Shown one piece after another: positions 1-13,124 of a DNA stretch of 64,000 bases. A model generated the notes under the pieces. The model ran no database searches, had not been told where the DNA came from, and worked only from the letters and a program-made list of their open reading frames with translations. Each line of letters starts with the position of its first letter. Within the stretch, counting starts at the first letter, position 1. Source of the DNA: Glaucostegus cemiculus (lineage: Eukaryota); contig CDPCPM010000013.1 of the NCBI GenBank assembly GCA_976551045.1, positions 20,460,001 through 20,524,000 of the forward strand. The letters are read 5' to 3'. A program made the translations under genes and the position numbers.

Positions 1-1215
1 TGAAATTGACGTGTTTGCTGTCATCGACTTCTGATTGATGCGATAAAATATAACTGCCAGACATGCAAGCTTGGCAAACCATTGTCAGTTCCAAACGAAG
101 GGAGATGTCTTTTAAGTCAAAGGCTTCATGTTCATGTCACTGTTCATATACTCAGTTTAATATTTACCCCAGGGCAAGAATTGCACTTCAGCTTGTGAAA
201 GCAGATGATGGTGGTTCAATCTCAATTTCTTCACACATAGCAATAAATATATTAGAATTGAGGGCCTTTGTTTTCACATAATTCACAGTTTTAATTACTT
301 AATGGGAATATCATTTAAGATCTGAAGACAATTTCTAGAATGAAGCATTGTGTTGCTTGACCTTCCATCACTCTGGCTACTACACCCGAATGTCGGCCTA
401 CCGTTGCAGCTGCTCCATCAGTGCACATTTCAATGCAATAGTCCCACTGCATTCATGCAGAACCTGAAAAATCTCAGCACAAGTTGAGTTTTGTGGCAGT
501 TATTCAGAGCAAATTAAATCTTTATGGAAGGCCCCTTCATAGGCATTACACACTGAGAACTGCAGCCTCACAAATCTCATTGGTCATCTAATCTTATTGC
601 AAACCAGCCTGATGTTCTCACGTTCTCTATCAACTGGGATTAAAGGTCTTCTGCAATATCAGTAATCCTATGTGAGGCAGAAGAATGCCACTAATTTTCT
701 TGTCAGCTGTATCACCCAAAACTGAACGCTTACTTGTAATTGAAGGCATTATTAAGTCTTTGTCTGATGTAAATGGCGATTTGAATTTGGCAGTGGGATG
801 AACCTGAAGAGGTGGTCCTTATCACATACCATCATTTGTTGTTCTTGCAGTACCTACTAGGTCTTTTTTGAGATGTCACTTCATCTTACTTCTACTGGAA
901 AAATTACAGTCACTTTTCTTTCAAGTTTGTGTGTTTGGTCTCAAGGTAGTAAGTCCTTTTGAATGGTTTTATAGTATCATCACAACACACACAAACAAAC
1001 TGAGGTTTGGGGCTCTCTTCTTGCCTGCATGGAATAAACCCTTACTTTATATATTCAGCATTGTATCTTCTGTCGAAGGACAATTGCTTCCTAGTCTTTT
1101 CCAACTTTCCTTCTTTTTAATTACATTGCTGGTCACATAGTTCCTCGCTTCCGTTTCTCCACACTTCAATGAATTCCAAAAAATGATCTGACTTTATCTC
1201 CTATGGAAGGCAAAA

Positions 1216-1430
1216 CAGACTGCAGATGCTGGAACCTGGAGTAACAAACAATCTACTGGAGGAACTCAGTGAGTTGTGCAGCATCTGTGCAGGGAAAGGA
1301 ATTGTCGAGGTTGTGGGTTGAAACCCTGCATCAGGACTGATGCATGATTTTGACCCAAAACATCAACAGTTCCTCTCCTCCCACAGATGCTGCTCAACCC
1401 ACCAAGTTCCTCCAGCAGGTTGTTTGTTTT
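1216..1430. mobile_element. Palindromic (head-to-head) Penelope-type terminal-repeat unit
   Basis: Arms 1243-1334 and 1337-1428 are imperfect reverse complements centred on tgcatcag-ga-ctgatgca. Carries the cacagatgctgc...gagttcctccagca motif shared with several other loci here. Confidence 0.7.
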
Positions 1431-1559
1431 ACCTCCTTTGACATGCGCAAATTAAAATCTCTATTTAACTTGCTGATTTGTATTCCTGTTAATTTCAGTA
1501 GAAAACCACATGTGAACATAATTAGAAGTAAAGAGCAGAAGTGGAGCTCCAGTAAATTG

Positions 1560-2235
1560 GAGTACTGAGATTTAAAGGTATTGCAGTTCAGAAGGACCTG
1601 TGTTAGTCTTGCATCAAAGTCATTGAGAGCCAGCATGCAGGTACAGCAAGCAAATAGGAAAGCAAATGGTATGTTGACTTTTATTGCAAGAGGATTTGAG
1701 CAAATTGAGGTATCTCGCTCCAGTTATATAGGGTCTTGGTGAAATTACATCAGGAATATTGTCTACAGATCCGATCTCTTGACCAAAATAACAGAAGTGT
1801 AGGACAGCTTTTCTAGATTGATTCCTGGAATTTGTGGGTTTGTTGAATGAGGAGAAATTAAGCGACCTGGACCTATAGTCTCTTGAGTTTAGAAGGACAA
1901 GAAATGATCTCCTTGAAAACTACAAATTTCTTACAGGGCTTGACAGGCTGGGTGTGGGCATGATGTTTTCCCTAGTCAGGACATCTGTGGTGGGGGTCAC
2001 AGTCTCAAAATAAGTGACTGGCCATTCAGTACAGAAATTAGAAGAAACTTCTTAACCAGATGGGAATGAATCTTTGAAATTCTCTAGAAAGAGGGCTGAT
2101 GCAGAGTATATTTAAGGCAAAGATTGGTAGATTATTAGATATTAAAGGAATCAAGGTTAATGTAGGAAAAGGCACTGAAGTAAAATTAATGTTAGAGTAG
2201 GCATGAAGGTCTGAAAGGCCTCCTCCTGCTTCTAA
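1560..2235 (+). mobile_element. CR1 (HER1-like) LINE 3' fragment
   Basis: RT C-terminal signature (caggtacagcaagcaaataggaaagcaaatggtatgttg) and CR1-type 3' tail (gaaaggcctcctcctgcttcta). Confidence 0.8.
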
Positions 2236-3914
2236 TTTTCTTATTTTTAGCTGAAACTTTGTACTTTAAAAACTGCAGTTCTCCCATAATATTCCACCAA
2301 TGTTTCAGCCTTAGATTACAGAAGCATAGGGTAGTACTGCACAGGTGGAATTTGCTCAGCCCATTAAGTCCAGACTGGCTAAAAATGAGTCTTTTTAGGT
2401 TATTCATACTTCTAACTACAATAATCTAAGCCTGACAATTAACTAGTGTTGTATACCATTCTAATATGACTGACCTTTTAACATAGGTATATTACATGCC
2501 TTTTAGCTACTTTCAGGGACCTATGGACAAGTCCAGGATCTTGGTGTTCCTCCAAATTACTGCTATCCTATCTTTGAATATGAATTTCTTTGCTTTACTG
2601 ACCTCAAATACATTGCATATCTCTGGAGTTAATTTCATTTGCCAATTTTGCTCCCACCTAACCCGTTTATTAATACCCTCCTCTTGCAGCTCAAAACAAT
2701 GGTTCCAAAGATATGAAAAGTGATATAATTGCCAAACTATATTTTCCAGGTCATTAATATATATCACACATACAGCCCTCTCTGCATCTAAAATTTGTTT
2801 TATTTCTATTTTACCAAGTTGTGACAAAAGGATGTTGAACTGATATGTTTCTTCATCCACAGATGCTGCCTGACCTGCTGACTATTTCCGGAACCCTCTG
2901 TTTTTATCTTAAACAACTTCCTGTACTTTATCACACTCTTTTCATTGAAAGCAGTCATCATTCAATGGCTTCAGAAGAAAGTAAAATGGTACATTATTTC
3001 AATACATAGTGAAGGGGTTATAGCCACAAATCATTTCAGTCCTCAATAATTTGATGCTAGAATTTATACACTTTATACATTTTTAGAACTACATATTTTT
3101 CTATACCAAATAATTGTATCCTATTATTCAAGTTTTGCATTTTTTAAGTGACAAGAGAGCTGCTTTCCTCATATTTAAAAATACATCGCAAGCTTAGGAT
3201 TTTTGTTAAGCATTACAAATGAACCAGAAAATTCTACTCATACTATAATTATATTCTTTCCCAGCATGGCCTGGTGATTGCTGTTGAATTAATTAAAATA
3301 GAATGCATGCATTAATGATCCTCCCAAATTACTGACCATATTCATGGAAAAAGCACAAGAAGCATGTACCTACACTTACCATGTGCACAGGCCAGTTGAT
3401 GGTACATCCTCCTAAAGCTACTTCCACCTGTGAACTCCCGAGTCCTTTGAGAGTTTGGCAGCATTCTGTGAGAGTATCCCTAAGCTGAAGGTTATGTTGT
3501 TTTAATGTCCGATGTTCAGTGTCACCTTGGGAGTGATCCTGGGATAATGAAGTACAGGGGTTGGAGGTGGTGTGACAAATTAGGAAAATTAAGGTGAGGG
3601 CATTTGTGCTTTGCAGAGCTATAGTGAAGGTCTTGTGATTATTCAGCATTGAAAGGCATGGGAATTGGCAGATCTGTTAATATTATGATAAAAGGCCTTT
3701 GGTGGCCTGTGCATGTAACAACTTGCTCCCATAAACCTGCAGAGTAAGTTTGTGGTTTTCCACCTTAGGACAGCTCTAATCTTTGCAGCATTGTAAGTGA
3801 GAAGACTCAAGCTTGGTTGATGTAATGTCGGGGCAGTCAACATCACAAGTGAGGGAATGGTTGGGGTAAACCACTTAATGGATGGGTTACCTTACAGATA
3901 CCAACCTAACAGAT

Positions 3915-4125
3915 AACACCAACCTGACTTGGAAGTATATATCATTTTTGTCATTCTTGCTGGCTTTAGATCCTGGAACTCCTTAATGATCTACATTGTG
4001 GGAATACCTTCTCAAGGATTGCAGCAGTTTAAGAAGGTGGCTCACCACTACTTTCCGAAGGCAATTAGTAATGGACAATAAATGCTGGCCTTGCCAGTTA
4101 TAGTCACATCCTGAAAACTGAATAA
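3915..4125 (+). mobile_element. 3' tail of a CR1/L2-group LINE
   Basis: gcagcagtttaagaaggtggctcaccac...aataaatgctggccttgccag. The same tail occurs inverted at 6020-6230 and direct at about 46800-47010. Confidence 0.65.
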
Positions 4126-4529
4126 AGACAAACAATGGAAGATGTTCAGCCCATCAAGTCTGTTCCATTTTTAGTTGGATCATTGCTGTTTATAACTCAA
4201 CTTTACTCCATATACATTGGTACCCCTACCAAACAAAAATCTAGCAGTTTCAGTCCTAAACATTTCAAGAGACCTAGCATTGACGTGAGTTCCAAATTTC
4301 CTTTATGCTTCATAGGAAAAGAATTTTCCAATTTAACTTTTAAATAGTCCAGTTCTAACCCCAGGATTATGCTGTCAAGGAAAGGAAACCTGCTGCCTGT
4401 TTGTGTCTGGCCACACCACTGCTTTGGTAAGTGATTTCTAAGTTTAGAAATGAACTGTAACCATTAGGGATGAGCAATGAGTGACAGCCTTTCCAGTAAC
4501 ATACATATTCCAGGAAGAATGAAAAGCCT

Positions 4530-4850
4530 GAAGGCACTTTAGAGCACTGAAGTAATTTTGAAATACAGTGGTTGTTATATTGAAAAGAGTAGCCAGTCTG
4601 TCCACAGAACGAGCTCACAAGCATTGAGGTAAATATCCTTATAAATCTGTCTCATTTAATTGTCTGAGAAGTAAATTTGGCTGGAACACCAAGAGCAATT
4701 TCCTCTTCTAATTCAAATTGATATTTTGTATCCATCTGAGAAGGCAGAAAGAGCCTGAATTTAAAATCTCATCCAAGGGATGGTTCTTTTGAGAGCACTC
4801 AGTCAGAACTGTACCGAAATGTCAGCAGACTTTGGAGATTCTATCATTTT
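4530..4850 (-). mobile_element. Deu-domain SINE relic (SacSINE1/AmnSINE-like)
   Basis: Minus strand ...ttggatgagattttaaattcaggctctttctgccttctcagatggatacaaaatatc...ggtgttccagccaaattta resembles the DeuSINE central domain as I recall it. Confidence 0.55.
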
Positions 4851-5099
4851 ATACCCTTAGTATCAGTGAAAAATAGTCTGAACCATGACAGAGTTGAATC
4901 AGTTTAAGTACGCTCATGTTACATCAAGAACCATTCACACTCAGGTTCCCATGATCATTTACACATATCATTTCAGCCAAATCCTTCCCACCTCCAATAT
5001 AGACCTCTCCCATAAGGCAATACTGTTAGTTTTAATTGCCTATAACCACTAGAAAAGGCCTCACATTTGATCTAATTCACCGTACTTAGCTCACTACTA

Positions 5100-5680
5100 C
5101 TTAGACAGTCCCTCAGGGTCGAGTGTGACCTGCTTCCACTCCAGTTCTATGGGCAGTAACACGAATGACAAATCCAATGTGCAGTCTTACGTACTGTGCC
5201 TCTGGTGGGGCAGGAGGTGATTTGTGGGTTCTTAATCCACTCTGCCATTGTCAATTAGCCTCGGCGAAAAGCTCAAGTGTCTTCCTAAATGCTCCTACTG
5301 CGTTTTGAATTGTTACATGCTGGAGATTCTTGTGAGTTAATGAGAATGTTACATTATTTTCAATAATGTTTTGGAGCTTTTTGACCCCCCAAAAACTTCT
5401 TACCGTGATCGAGCTTGGAATAGAGTGCCTGTTTTAGGGGTCTAGTATCAGGCATGCAAATAATGTAACCTACCTATCAGAGCTGGCAGAGCAAAAATAC
5501 TCTCTAACACTGGTACACGTATCCTGCCAATAGATTTGGAGCATTCTCTGGTGTCCTAATGTCCCTGCTATAAGTAGTCCATGTCACTGGAAGCATTCAG
5601 GAGGGTAGGGATCACTGATGTCTACAATGAGCCTATTGCCAAATCTTTGCACCCTTTCTTCTTCAAGTGGTCATAGGCTG
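5100..5680 (-). mobile_element. RTE-clade LINE 3' fragment, degraded
   Basis: Colinear similarity to 16790-17330; 3'-end motif cagtccctcagggtcgagtgtgacctgcttccactcc. Confidence 0.6.
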
Positions 5681-5725
5681 TTGTAGTGCATTAATGGTGG
5701 AGGTAAATAATGGGGTTAGCAGAGA

Positions 5726-5948
5726 AAATTAGAGGCTTGGTATCTGAAGTGGCTGACTCAACTCCTGACAGCCCAAGATCTTTCTCACTATCTACAAGGC
5801 TCAAATCAGAAATGCAATGGAATACTCTCCACTTGCTTGGATGAGGTCAGCCAACAACTTTCAAGAAGCTTCATGCCACTGAGAACAAAGTACCCCATTT
5901 GATTGGCACCCTATTAACCAACCTAGACATTCATTCCTTCACCACCAG
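5726..5948 (+). mobile_element. CR1/L2-group LINE RT fragment; inverted partner of 6389-6610
   Basis: About 84% identical to the reverse complement of 6389-6610; encodes MEYSPLAWM-like sequence. Confidence 0.8.
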
Positions 5949-6019
5949 TATAGACCTCTCCCATACTGTAGATGTGAATGTGATCCTTGCTTTATGGGTC
6001 TTCTCATGAACTTTCTTTT

Positions 6020-7530
6020 AATATGTTCATTTTTGGGATTTGGGCATCACCAGCAAGGTTTAAATTTAATCCTGTTTCTAACTGCTCTTGAGAGGATGGC
6101 CATCTTCTTGAACAGCTGCAATCCTTCTGGTGAAGTGCCTCTCACAGTACTGTTGGGTAAGGAGATCTAGGATTTAAACCCAGTGCAGTGAAAGATCAGG
6201 GACATATTTCCAAGTCAGGATAGTGTACAATTTCAAGGGAAATCTGCACAAGGTAGTGTCCCCATGTGCCTGATACCCTTGCTCTTGTCCTTCTTGGTGG
6301 GAAAGCCATGTTTACAAGGTGTTATTGGAGAAGCCTAAGTAAGTAACTCTAGTGCATCTCGTAATGAATACTGCAGGCATTGTGCCCAGGTGGTGGAAGA
6401 AATGAGTGTTTAGGTTGGTTGATGGGGTGATAGTCAAATGGGGTACTTTGTTCTCGATGGTGTGGAACTTCTTGAGAGTTGTTGGCTGACCTCATCCAAG
6501 CAAGTGGAGAGTATTCCATCACACTCCTGAACCGTAGCTTGTAGGTAGTAAAAAAGGCCTTGGGATGTTGGGAGTTGAGTCACCCACTTCAGGTACCAAG
6601 CCTCTAATTTGCTGTGATAGCCCTGGTTATATGGCTAGTCCAATTGTTTCTGGTCAATGGTGACTCCCAGGATTTGGATGGTGGGAGTGGAATGCCACTT
6701 AACATCGAGGGTAGTTAGTTAGATTCTCTTTTGTTGGAATAGTCATTGCTAGGCAGTTTTGTGGCACAAATGTTGCTTGCCACTGATCAGTCCATGCCTG
6801 TAAAAATTGCCTTGGCCTTGCTGTATGAAGACATGGACTGCTTCATTTGCTGAGGGGGTTACAAATGGAATTGAACATGGTTCAATCATCAGCAAGCATC
6901 CCCAATTCTGACTTTATGAAGGAAGGAGGGACACTGATGAAGCAGCTGGGGCACAAAACACTGCCCCAAGGAACTCCTGTAGTGATGTACTAGATTGTCC
7001 TGTGGCAAATACAATAATCTTTGTGTGAGGTATGAATGCAGAATGGGGGTGCTTTTCATTTGATGCTCATTGACTTCAGTTTTATCAGGGCATCCTAATG
7101 CTACACTTGGTCAAGGGCACTCACTTTTACCTCCATTCTAGAACTGTTTGGACCAAGGCTATGATGAGGTTCATATCTGAGTCATCCTAGTTATTGATGT
7201 GTAAGTGCCAATTGATTGCACTTTCAACAATGGCTTTCATAAATTTTCTAATAATTGCGAGTAGATTGATAGGTGGGTAATTAGTCAGATTGGATTTGTC
7301 TTACATTTGATGAATAGGACTTTGCTGGGTGACTTTCCACATTGTTGGATAGATACCAATGTTGTAACGGTACTTGAACAGCTTTACTGGAGGTGCAGCT
7401 GGTCCTGAAGTGTATGCCTTCTGTACCACAACTGGGATGTTGTCTGGTTCCATAGCTATTGCTGTTTCCAGTGCTCTCACCCATTTCTTGGGGCTTGCTT
7501 TATGCAGTGGGTGCAGATTGGCCTTTACAG
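6020..7530 (-). mobile_element. CR1/L2-group LINE, 3' ~1.5 kb, degraded
   Basis: 3' tail at 6020-6230. ORF 7301-7606 contains RT-proximal motifs (EPDNIP..V.K, GIYPTMWK). Confidence 0.75.
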
Positions 7531-7534
7531 TCAT

Positions 7535-8745
7535 ACAGCAATAGAGCAGTACAGCACAGGTACAGGCCCTTCTGCCCAATGAGTCCATGGAGATCATGGT
7601 GCCCACTCATCTAGTACTAATTTCCTGCATTCAGCCCATATCCCTCTAAGCCCCGCCCCTGCATGTACCTATCCAAGTGCTGCTTAAATGATACAATAGT
7701 ATCTGCTTCAACCACTTCCTCTGGCAGCTCGTTCCATATACTCACCATGTTCTGCATAAAAAAGTTCCTTCTCAAGTCCTTTTTAAATCTTTCCCCTCTC
7801 ATCCTAAATCTATGCCCCCTAGTTTGGACTCCCCTACCCTGGGGAAAGACTGCTACCATCCACCTTATCTATGCCTCGCATGATTTTATAACGTCACCCC
7901 CTATTTACCTATGCTCCAAGGAATAAAGACCCAGCCTGGCCAACCTCTCCCTATAATTCAGGCCCTCTCATCCTGGCAACATCCTTGTAAGTCATTTCTG
8001 CATTATTTCCAGTTTAACCATGTCTTTGCTATAACAGGGTGACCAAAACTATACACAGTACTCCAAGTGTCGCCTCATCAACGACTTGTACAACTGCAAC
8101 ATAATGTCCCAACTCCTAAACTTAGTGCTCTGACTGATGAAGGGCAGTGTGCTAAACACCTTTTTCACCACCTGTCTGCCTGTGATACTGCTTTCAATGA
8201 ACTATGCACTTGTATTCATAGGTCCTTCTGTTCCATTGCACTCCCTATTGCCCCACCATTCATAGTATAAGCCTTACGCTTATAAAATGCATCACCTCAA
8301 ACTTATCTGTATTGAAATCCATTTGTGCTCCTCAACCCACTTCCCTAAATGATCAAGATCCCCTTGTAATCTACAATAACCTTCTTCATTATCAACAACA
8401 CCTGCTAATTTTGTGTCATCCGCAAACCTACTGATCAAACCTTATGCATTCTCATCCAAATCATTTATATATATAATGAATAACAAGGGTCCTAACACCA
8501 ACCCCTGCTGCACACCACTACTCACCGGCCTCCATTCTGAGAAACAACCTTCAACCACTACCCTCTGCTTCCTACCACCAAGCCAATTTAGATTCCAGCA
8601 TCATAGTGTTTTTCATCTAGATTCCAGCATCTGCAGTCCTTTGAATCCACCTGACTTGCTATCCCTAGAATTGATGGGACCTAACCTTCTAAACCAGCCT
8701 ACCATGCGGGACCTTGTCAAAGGCCTTGCTAATGTCCAAGGCCTT
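7535..8745 (-). mobile_element. CR1 (HER1-like) LINE 3' fragment nested in the older LINE
   Basis: ORF 7617-7859 TRGHRFR...RRNFF...WNELPEEVVEA; FADD (tttgcggatgac on the minus strand near 8415-8426). Confidence 0.9.
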
Positions 8746-10039
8746 TGTTTATAACAGATGTATCATGTAAGGTACATTTGTTCATACATTTCAGTGAATG
8801 TCAGTGTTGGCTTGGAGCTCGGAGGGTGCAGTACGTATGGATTGTCTGTTGGACTGTACTCTGTGATCAAGGTTGGAATAACTTTGGTTCAGGAGTGGCA
8901 GCAACAGAGGTTGAGTGGTTTCCCATTTATCCTGTTAATTGGCTTCAGTCCAGTGGAGACCAATTCATTTAAATTAGGGCTCACATACCATCATGTAGCA
9001 TGTCTGGAATTGAAGCACATTTCTTGGGGCAGCCAAATTTAAGGGGAATCTCTATATTCTCACTTGGTTGAAAGGGTTGGGAGGCTTGTGACGTTGAACA
9101 AAGCCTACTGTACTCGTTAATGCTGTTCTTTGTATTTTTCTTGGAGATGTCACAAAGTAAAAATCTTGTCACTTTTACATCCTGATGGATGAAGTTTGTA
9201 CTGTGACTTGGGAAGAAGAATACATTTTTCAATGACTTATCCTGTCTCTGTCAGCATGGAATCCATTGTTACTACCTCATATTTTTTCTTCTTAAAGATG
9301 ATCATCGTAATGGCATCTCTGATGTTCCCTGGGAGCTCTTCCTAGATGAGGGTGATGGGGTGGCAGAAGCATGAGTCATTCCCCTGAAAAAGGAAGCCCT
9401 GGGAATTAACAACCTGCCCACAGCACTGCAGGAGATTTTATACTGTCAGCAGCAGGTAAAACACATATAGCTGCTGTTTTACCAAAGCTTTCTGAGAAGA
9501 TCCATGGGGGTCTACATAAAACCATAGGGCCAGACACCACAGCCATCAAGACTGGGGGAAGAACAACAGGTGGTCCAGGAGAGAGACAGGGGGATGGGAG
9601 TGGTGATGAAGGAGAGTGTGTTGAGGGAGTGGGACAGAGGGCTTATTTGTTTACGCACAAGGCAAGGCGATCAACAGTATACATCCCTGATAGAAAATGG
9701 TTCAGTGTAGTTATCTTAAATTACACCTATTGGTACTAAATTGAGCCCTCAAGGGTGCAGCACTAGACACCCCTATTTAACTGTGTTTGAGATTCTCAAA
9801 AGTAAAATATGCCTTTTGAATGTAAAGAACCAAGTATTTAACATTCTGGTCAGCAGGGTTCAGTAAGGTGTTTTCAGGTATATTGCTAGGATTTTATAGA
9901 ACTAAATCAAATCATCTTCAATAAAGATAACGATTATTTATTTTCTCCTGTCCTCCCCATCAAGTTGACAATTTGGCTAAGCCCAGAGTGATTCTGGGAG
10001 GCAATGGAGGAGTCTATTATCTGGATTATTCCTTTGGTG

Positions 10040-10640
10040 TGGTTAGTTGCAAGCATTTAATTCTCCACTTGTTAATTACACACAAACCTTTATTTTTCCC
10101 AAACTGCCTCTCCTGATCCAGCTAATTCTTCAATTCTGAATCTAAGGGATGGAGACTTCAACATGTTAAATGGATACCTGTTTTAATCATCTGTCACCAG
10201 CTCTGATTGGACCACCCCAAGATTCCAAGACCATTTTGGAGAGAATAGATAACCCACAGACTTGGTTCTACTTCAGCCTCTCTTCTCTGCTCCTTCATTC
10301 ATATAGCTACCATGAAGAACTCATGGATTTTAGTACTTCCATAATTCCTTTACAATCAAGCCAAGTTTTTCCCAAGTTTCTCTTTTCCCCAGGTGCCCAT
10401 GCCTTTAGACATTTAGGCACATTCTGAAATCTCTTCCCTAAATTTCTCTACTTAGTAAACCCCCTTCTCATCCTTTACGAACTTTCACAAAATACACCTT
10501 TTAGACTGATGTTTGTATCATCCTACCTACCTCATTTTTCTTTGCCCTCACATCAATTTTTGTCCTAATTACCTCTCTGTGGAGCACCTCAGAATATACT
10601 TGTTGCTCAAGGAGTCTCTATTAAAGTAAGTTCTTTTCTT
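10040..10640 (+). mobile_element. L2-type LINE 3' fragment, degraded
   Basis: Pyrimidine-rich body and L2-like tail (ctctgtggagcacctcaga...ctattaaagtaagttct). Confidence 0.45.
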
Positions 10641-11169
10641 GTTGAAATCTTTCTGCCTTTTTATTGTGTGGTTCTAAAAGCTTCCTGGAAACTCTTCTTA
10701 AACTATAACTTTAGCCCTGCCATTTATATTTTGCCTACCTTATAAAATGAACTGAGACATTCTGATTTTCTGAAGGGTGTTGATTTATCAGAGTTTTAGT
10801 GTATTTGGTTATTGTCTGTCTCTAGAGTACCAAAAGTTGCTTCAAAGTATCAACAGCATTTTGGATTATTAAAATAATACTGTCAATTTTCCAATCAAGA
10901 ATAATTATTGACATCATAATTTCAAAGTTCCAGAGTATCCTGTAAATTAACTTTAGGCTAACTGACACAATACAAGGGGAAGAACTGAAGAAAGTGTTTT
11001 TGATGGAAATAAGCATTGTCATTGGCTTGGAAAATGTCAACTTTGTTTCCATTACCATCTAGAAAAACTGTCAGGCTGGAAAATCTATCCATTGAGCCTG
11101 CCCCATAAACTATTTTTATTCTTTTAAATGTATTTTTAATGTTTGCTGTTTGAATATTTGTGACAGGCA

Positions 11170-11700
11170 GTTAGTCTGGGAGCTGGGACTCAGTGGCTGT
11201 CAAAACCATTCTGAGAGCCCTCGTGCTCCATTATGGTGCACTGAGCTCAGGTTGTCAACGTAAAGCTGCAGCCAAAAACATGCTAGAAGAAACAGTGTGG
11301 TTCAAGAGCAGGTGATCAATGATCTTGGGATCAGCAAAGCATCTGTCCTTATGAAATGATGCACTGTTACAGATATTTTGGAATTAAATAGCTTCTAATT
11401 CTCACATTTCACTAACACTTCAAAGCAGAAATGGAAAGTATCACATGCTTCTATATATCCAGATGTCTTTGTATCCTGCCAGTGTAAGATGTATCCAAAG
11501 TGTCCTTAGAGCCAGTCTTAAGCACACTGACCTCAATTGTAGGAACTGAAAAGTGAATTTGGGGAAACCAAGCAGAAATCTGAGTGTCCTGCAGAATGGA
11601 ACTGCAACACTAAACTATGTGGAATTTCTATCTACGTTTGGCCTGACTGACAGGATAAATTATCTTTAGGCAGGCAGCCTGCTTGAGAAGGAGAAAACAT
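11170..11700 (+). mobile_element. RTE-like LINE fragment, highly degraded
   Basis: Weak + strand similarity to the RTE fragments above (caaagtgtccttagagccagtcttaagc). Confidence 0.4.
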
Positions 11701-13124
11701 AAGAGAATATAGGAAATAGTAAATAATATGATGCTAGAAGGGGTGGGAGAAATTAGTACTATGGGTAAAGTTCTGATTATGGTGAAGGGGCATAACTGGT
11801 GATTGACAGAGGATCTCATTTGTAGGGAAGTTAAGACAATCATGGTGGCAGATGCTAGTTGACGGAAGAGGAACGATGTGGTGAGCAGATACATTTCTGG
11901 CCAGGGGTGGGGAGCAGACAGGTTGCAGTGAGGTTTGCTGCTAATGAGAGTGGGCCTGGGGGATAAACTTCTGCTTTTCCTGGCTCACAAGCTGTACAGT
12001 AAATGTACGTAGATCATGCTTTCTACCGTTCTCACCTGCTTTCAGCTGCTGAATTTCCTGAGGCCTGGAAAACCCATCTGCCTGTGGCTAAAAATAGAAT
12101 GACTGTTAAAATGATGCTAAGCAGTCTCGTTACAATATTTAAATGAATCCACTTCTTTTGATCAAATTGGCCATCTGCCTCTGTCAAAATTGGAAGTGGG
12201 TGGATTTGATTGCTGTTCCAGATATTTTCAACTTTAATTTCTGAAATAATCCCAACCCACCCATTTTTGAGTGCTAAAATGAAGCCCATTGTTAACTCAA
12301 TTATCCAAAATATGTGTTAAAGGAAAAGGGCAAAGTGCATAAAGTATTAAAACATAGGAGTAGATTTCTTCTTCATAAGCGTATCACTAATGTAAGTTTC
12401 CTTTAATAAACGACACCACTGCTTTGAGACTTTCCCTCCAGAATTATTATAAATGTTGCTTCTTCAGACTGGTCATAACATTAAGCATATCTGCAACTAG
12501 AACTGTCACAATGCTAAAGCAACTTTAGTTTAATTGCACAATCTAATAGCAGTTACCACAAGTATCTTATTTAAAGTTTCAATTTTTGTAATAATTATTT
12601 AGCATTGTGGAAACATGTGCTTAGTACTATTTATTTCAGCACTATTTGTTCGTAAATGAACTGACCACAGAATGATATGTCATAATGATATTCTGAAGTT
12701 CTGCAGCAGACACATATCAATTTATGTCACTCTCCATGCAATGCTCCTTTTGAGAGATTGCAGTACAGAAGGAAACTATTTGGCCCATCGAGTCTATGCT
12801 CGATCAATGCAAGGGGAACCCAGCTTCTCCCATTACCCTACCTTTAGCTTCTCTGGCTTGATGAAGGGGGTTAATTATACCCCTGTTGTGATCTTCCAGA
12901 ATCTCCTTTCGGCTTGACCAATTGAATGGTAAGGTGGGAGGGTCACTGCTAGTCATTTAAAGGATAATGAGTTTGAGGAAAGCTTTGAACACAACTTTCC
13001 AAATGAATTAAGTGCAGGAAACGTAGCCTCCATTCAGTCTGCCTCTCTATTGTTTCTCTTTCCATGGACCGACATGTATTAAATATTCAATCACTAATCA
13101 ATGGACCTGCATTTGGTCATTCAT

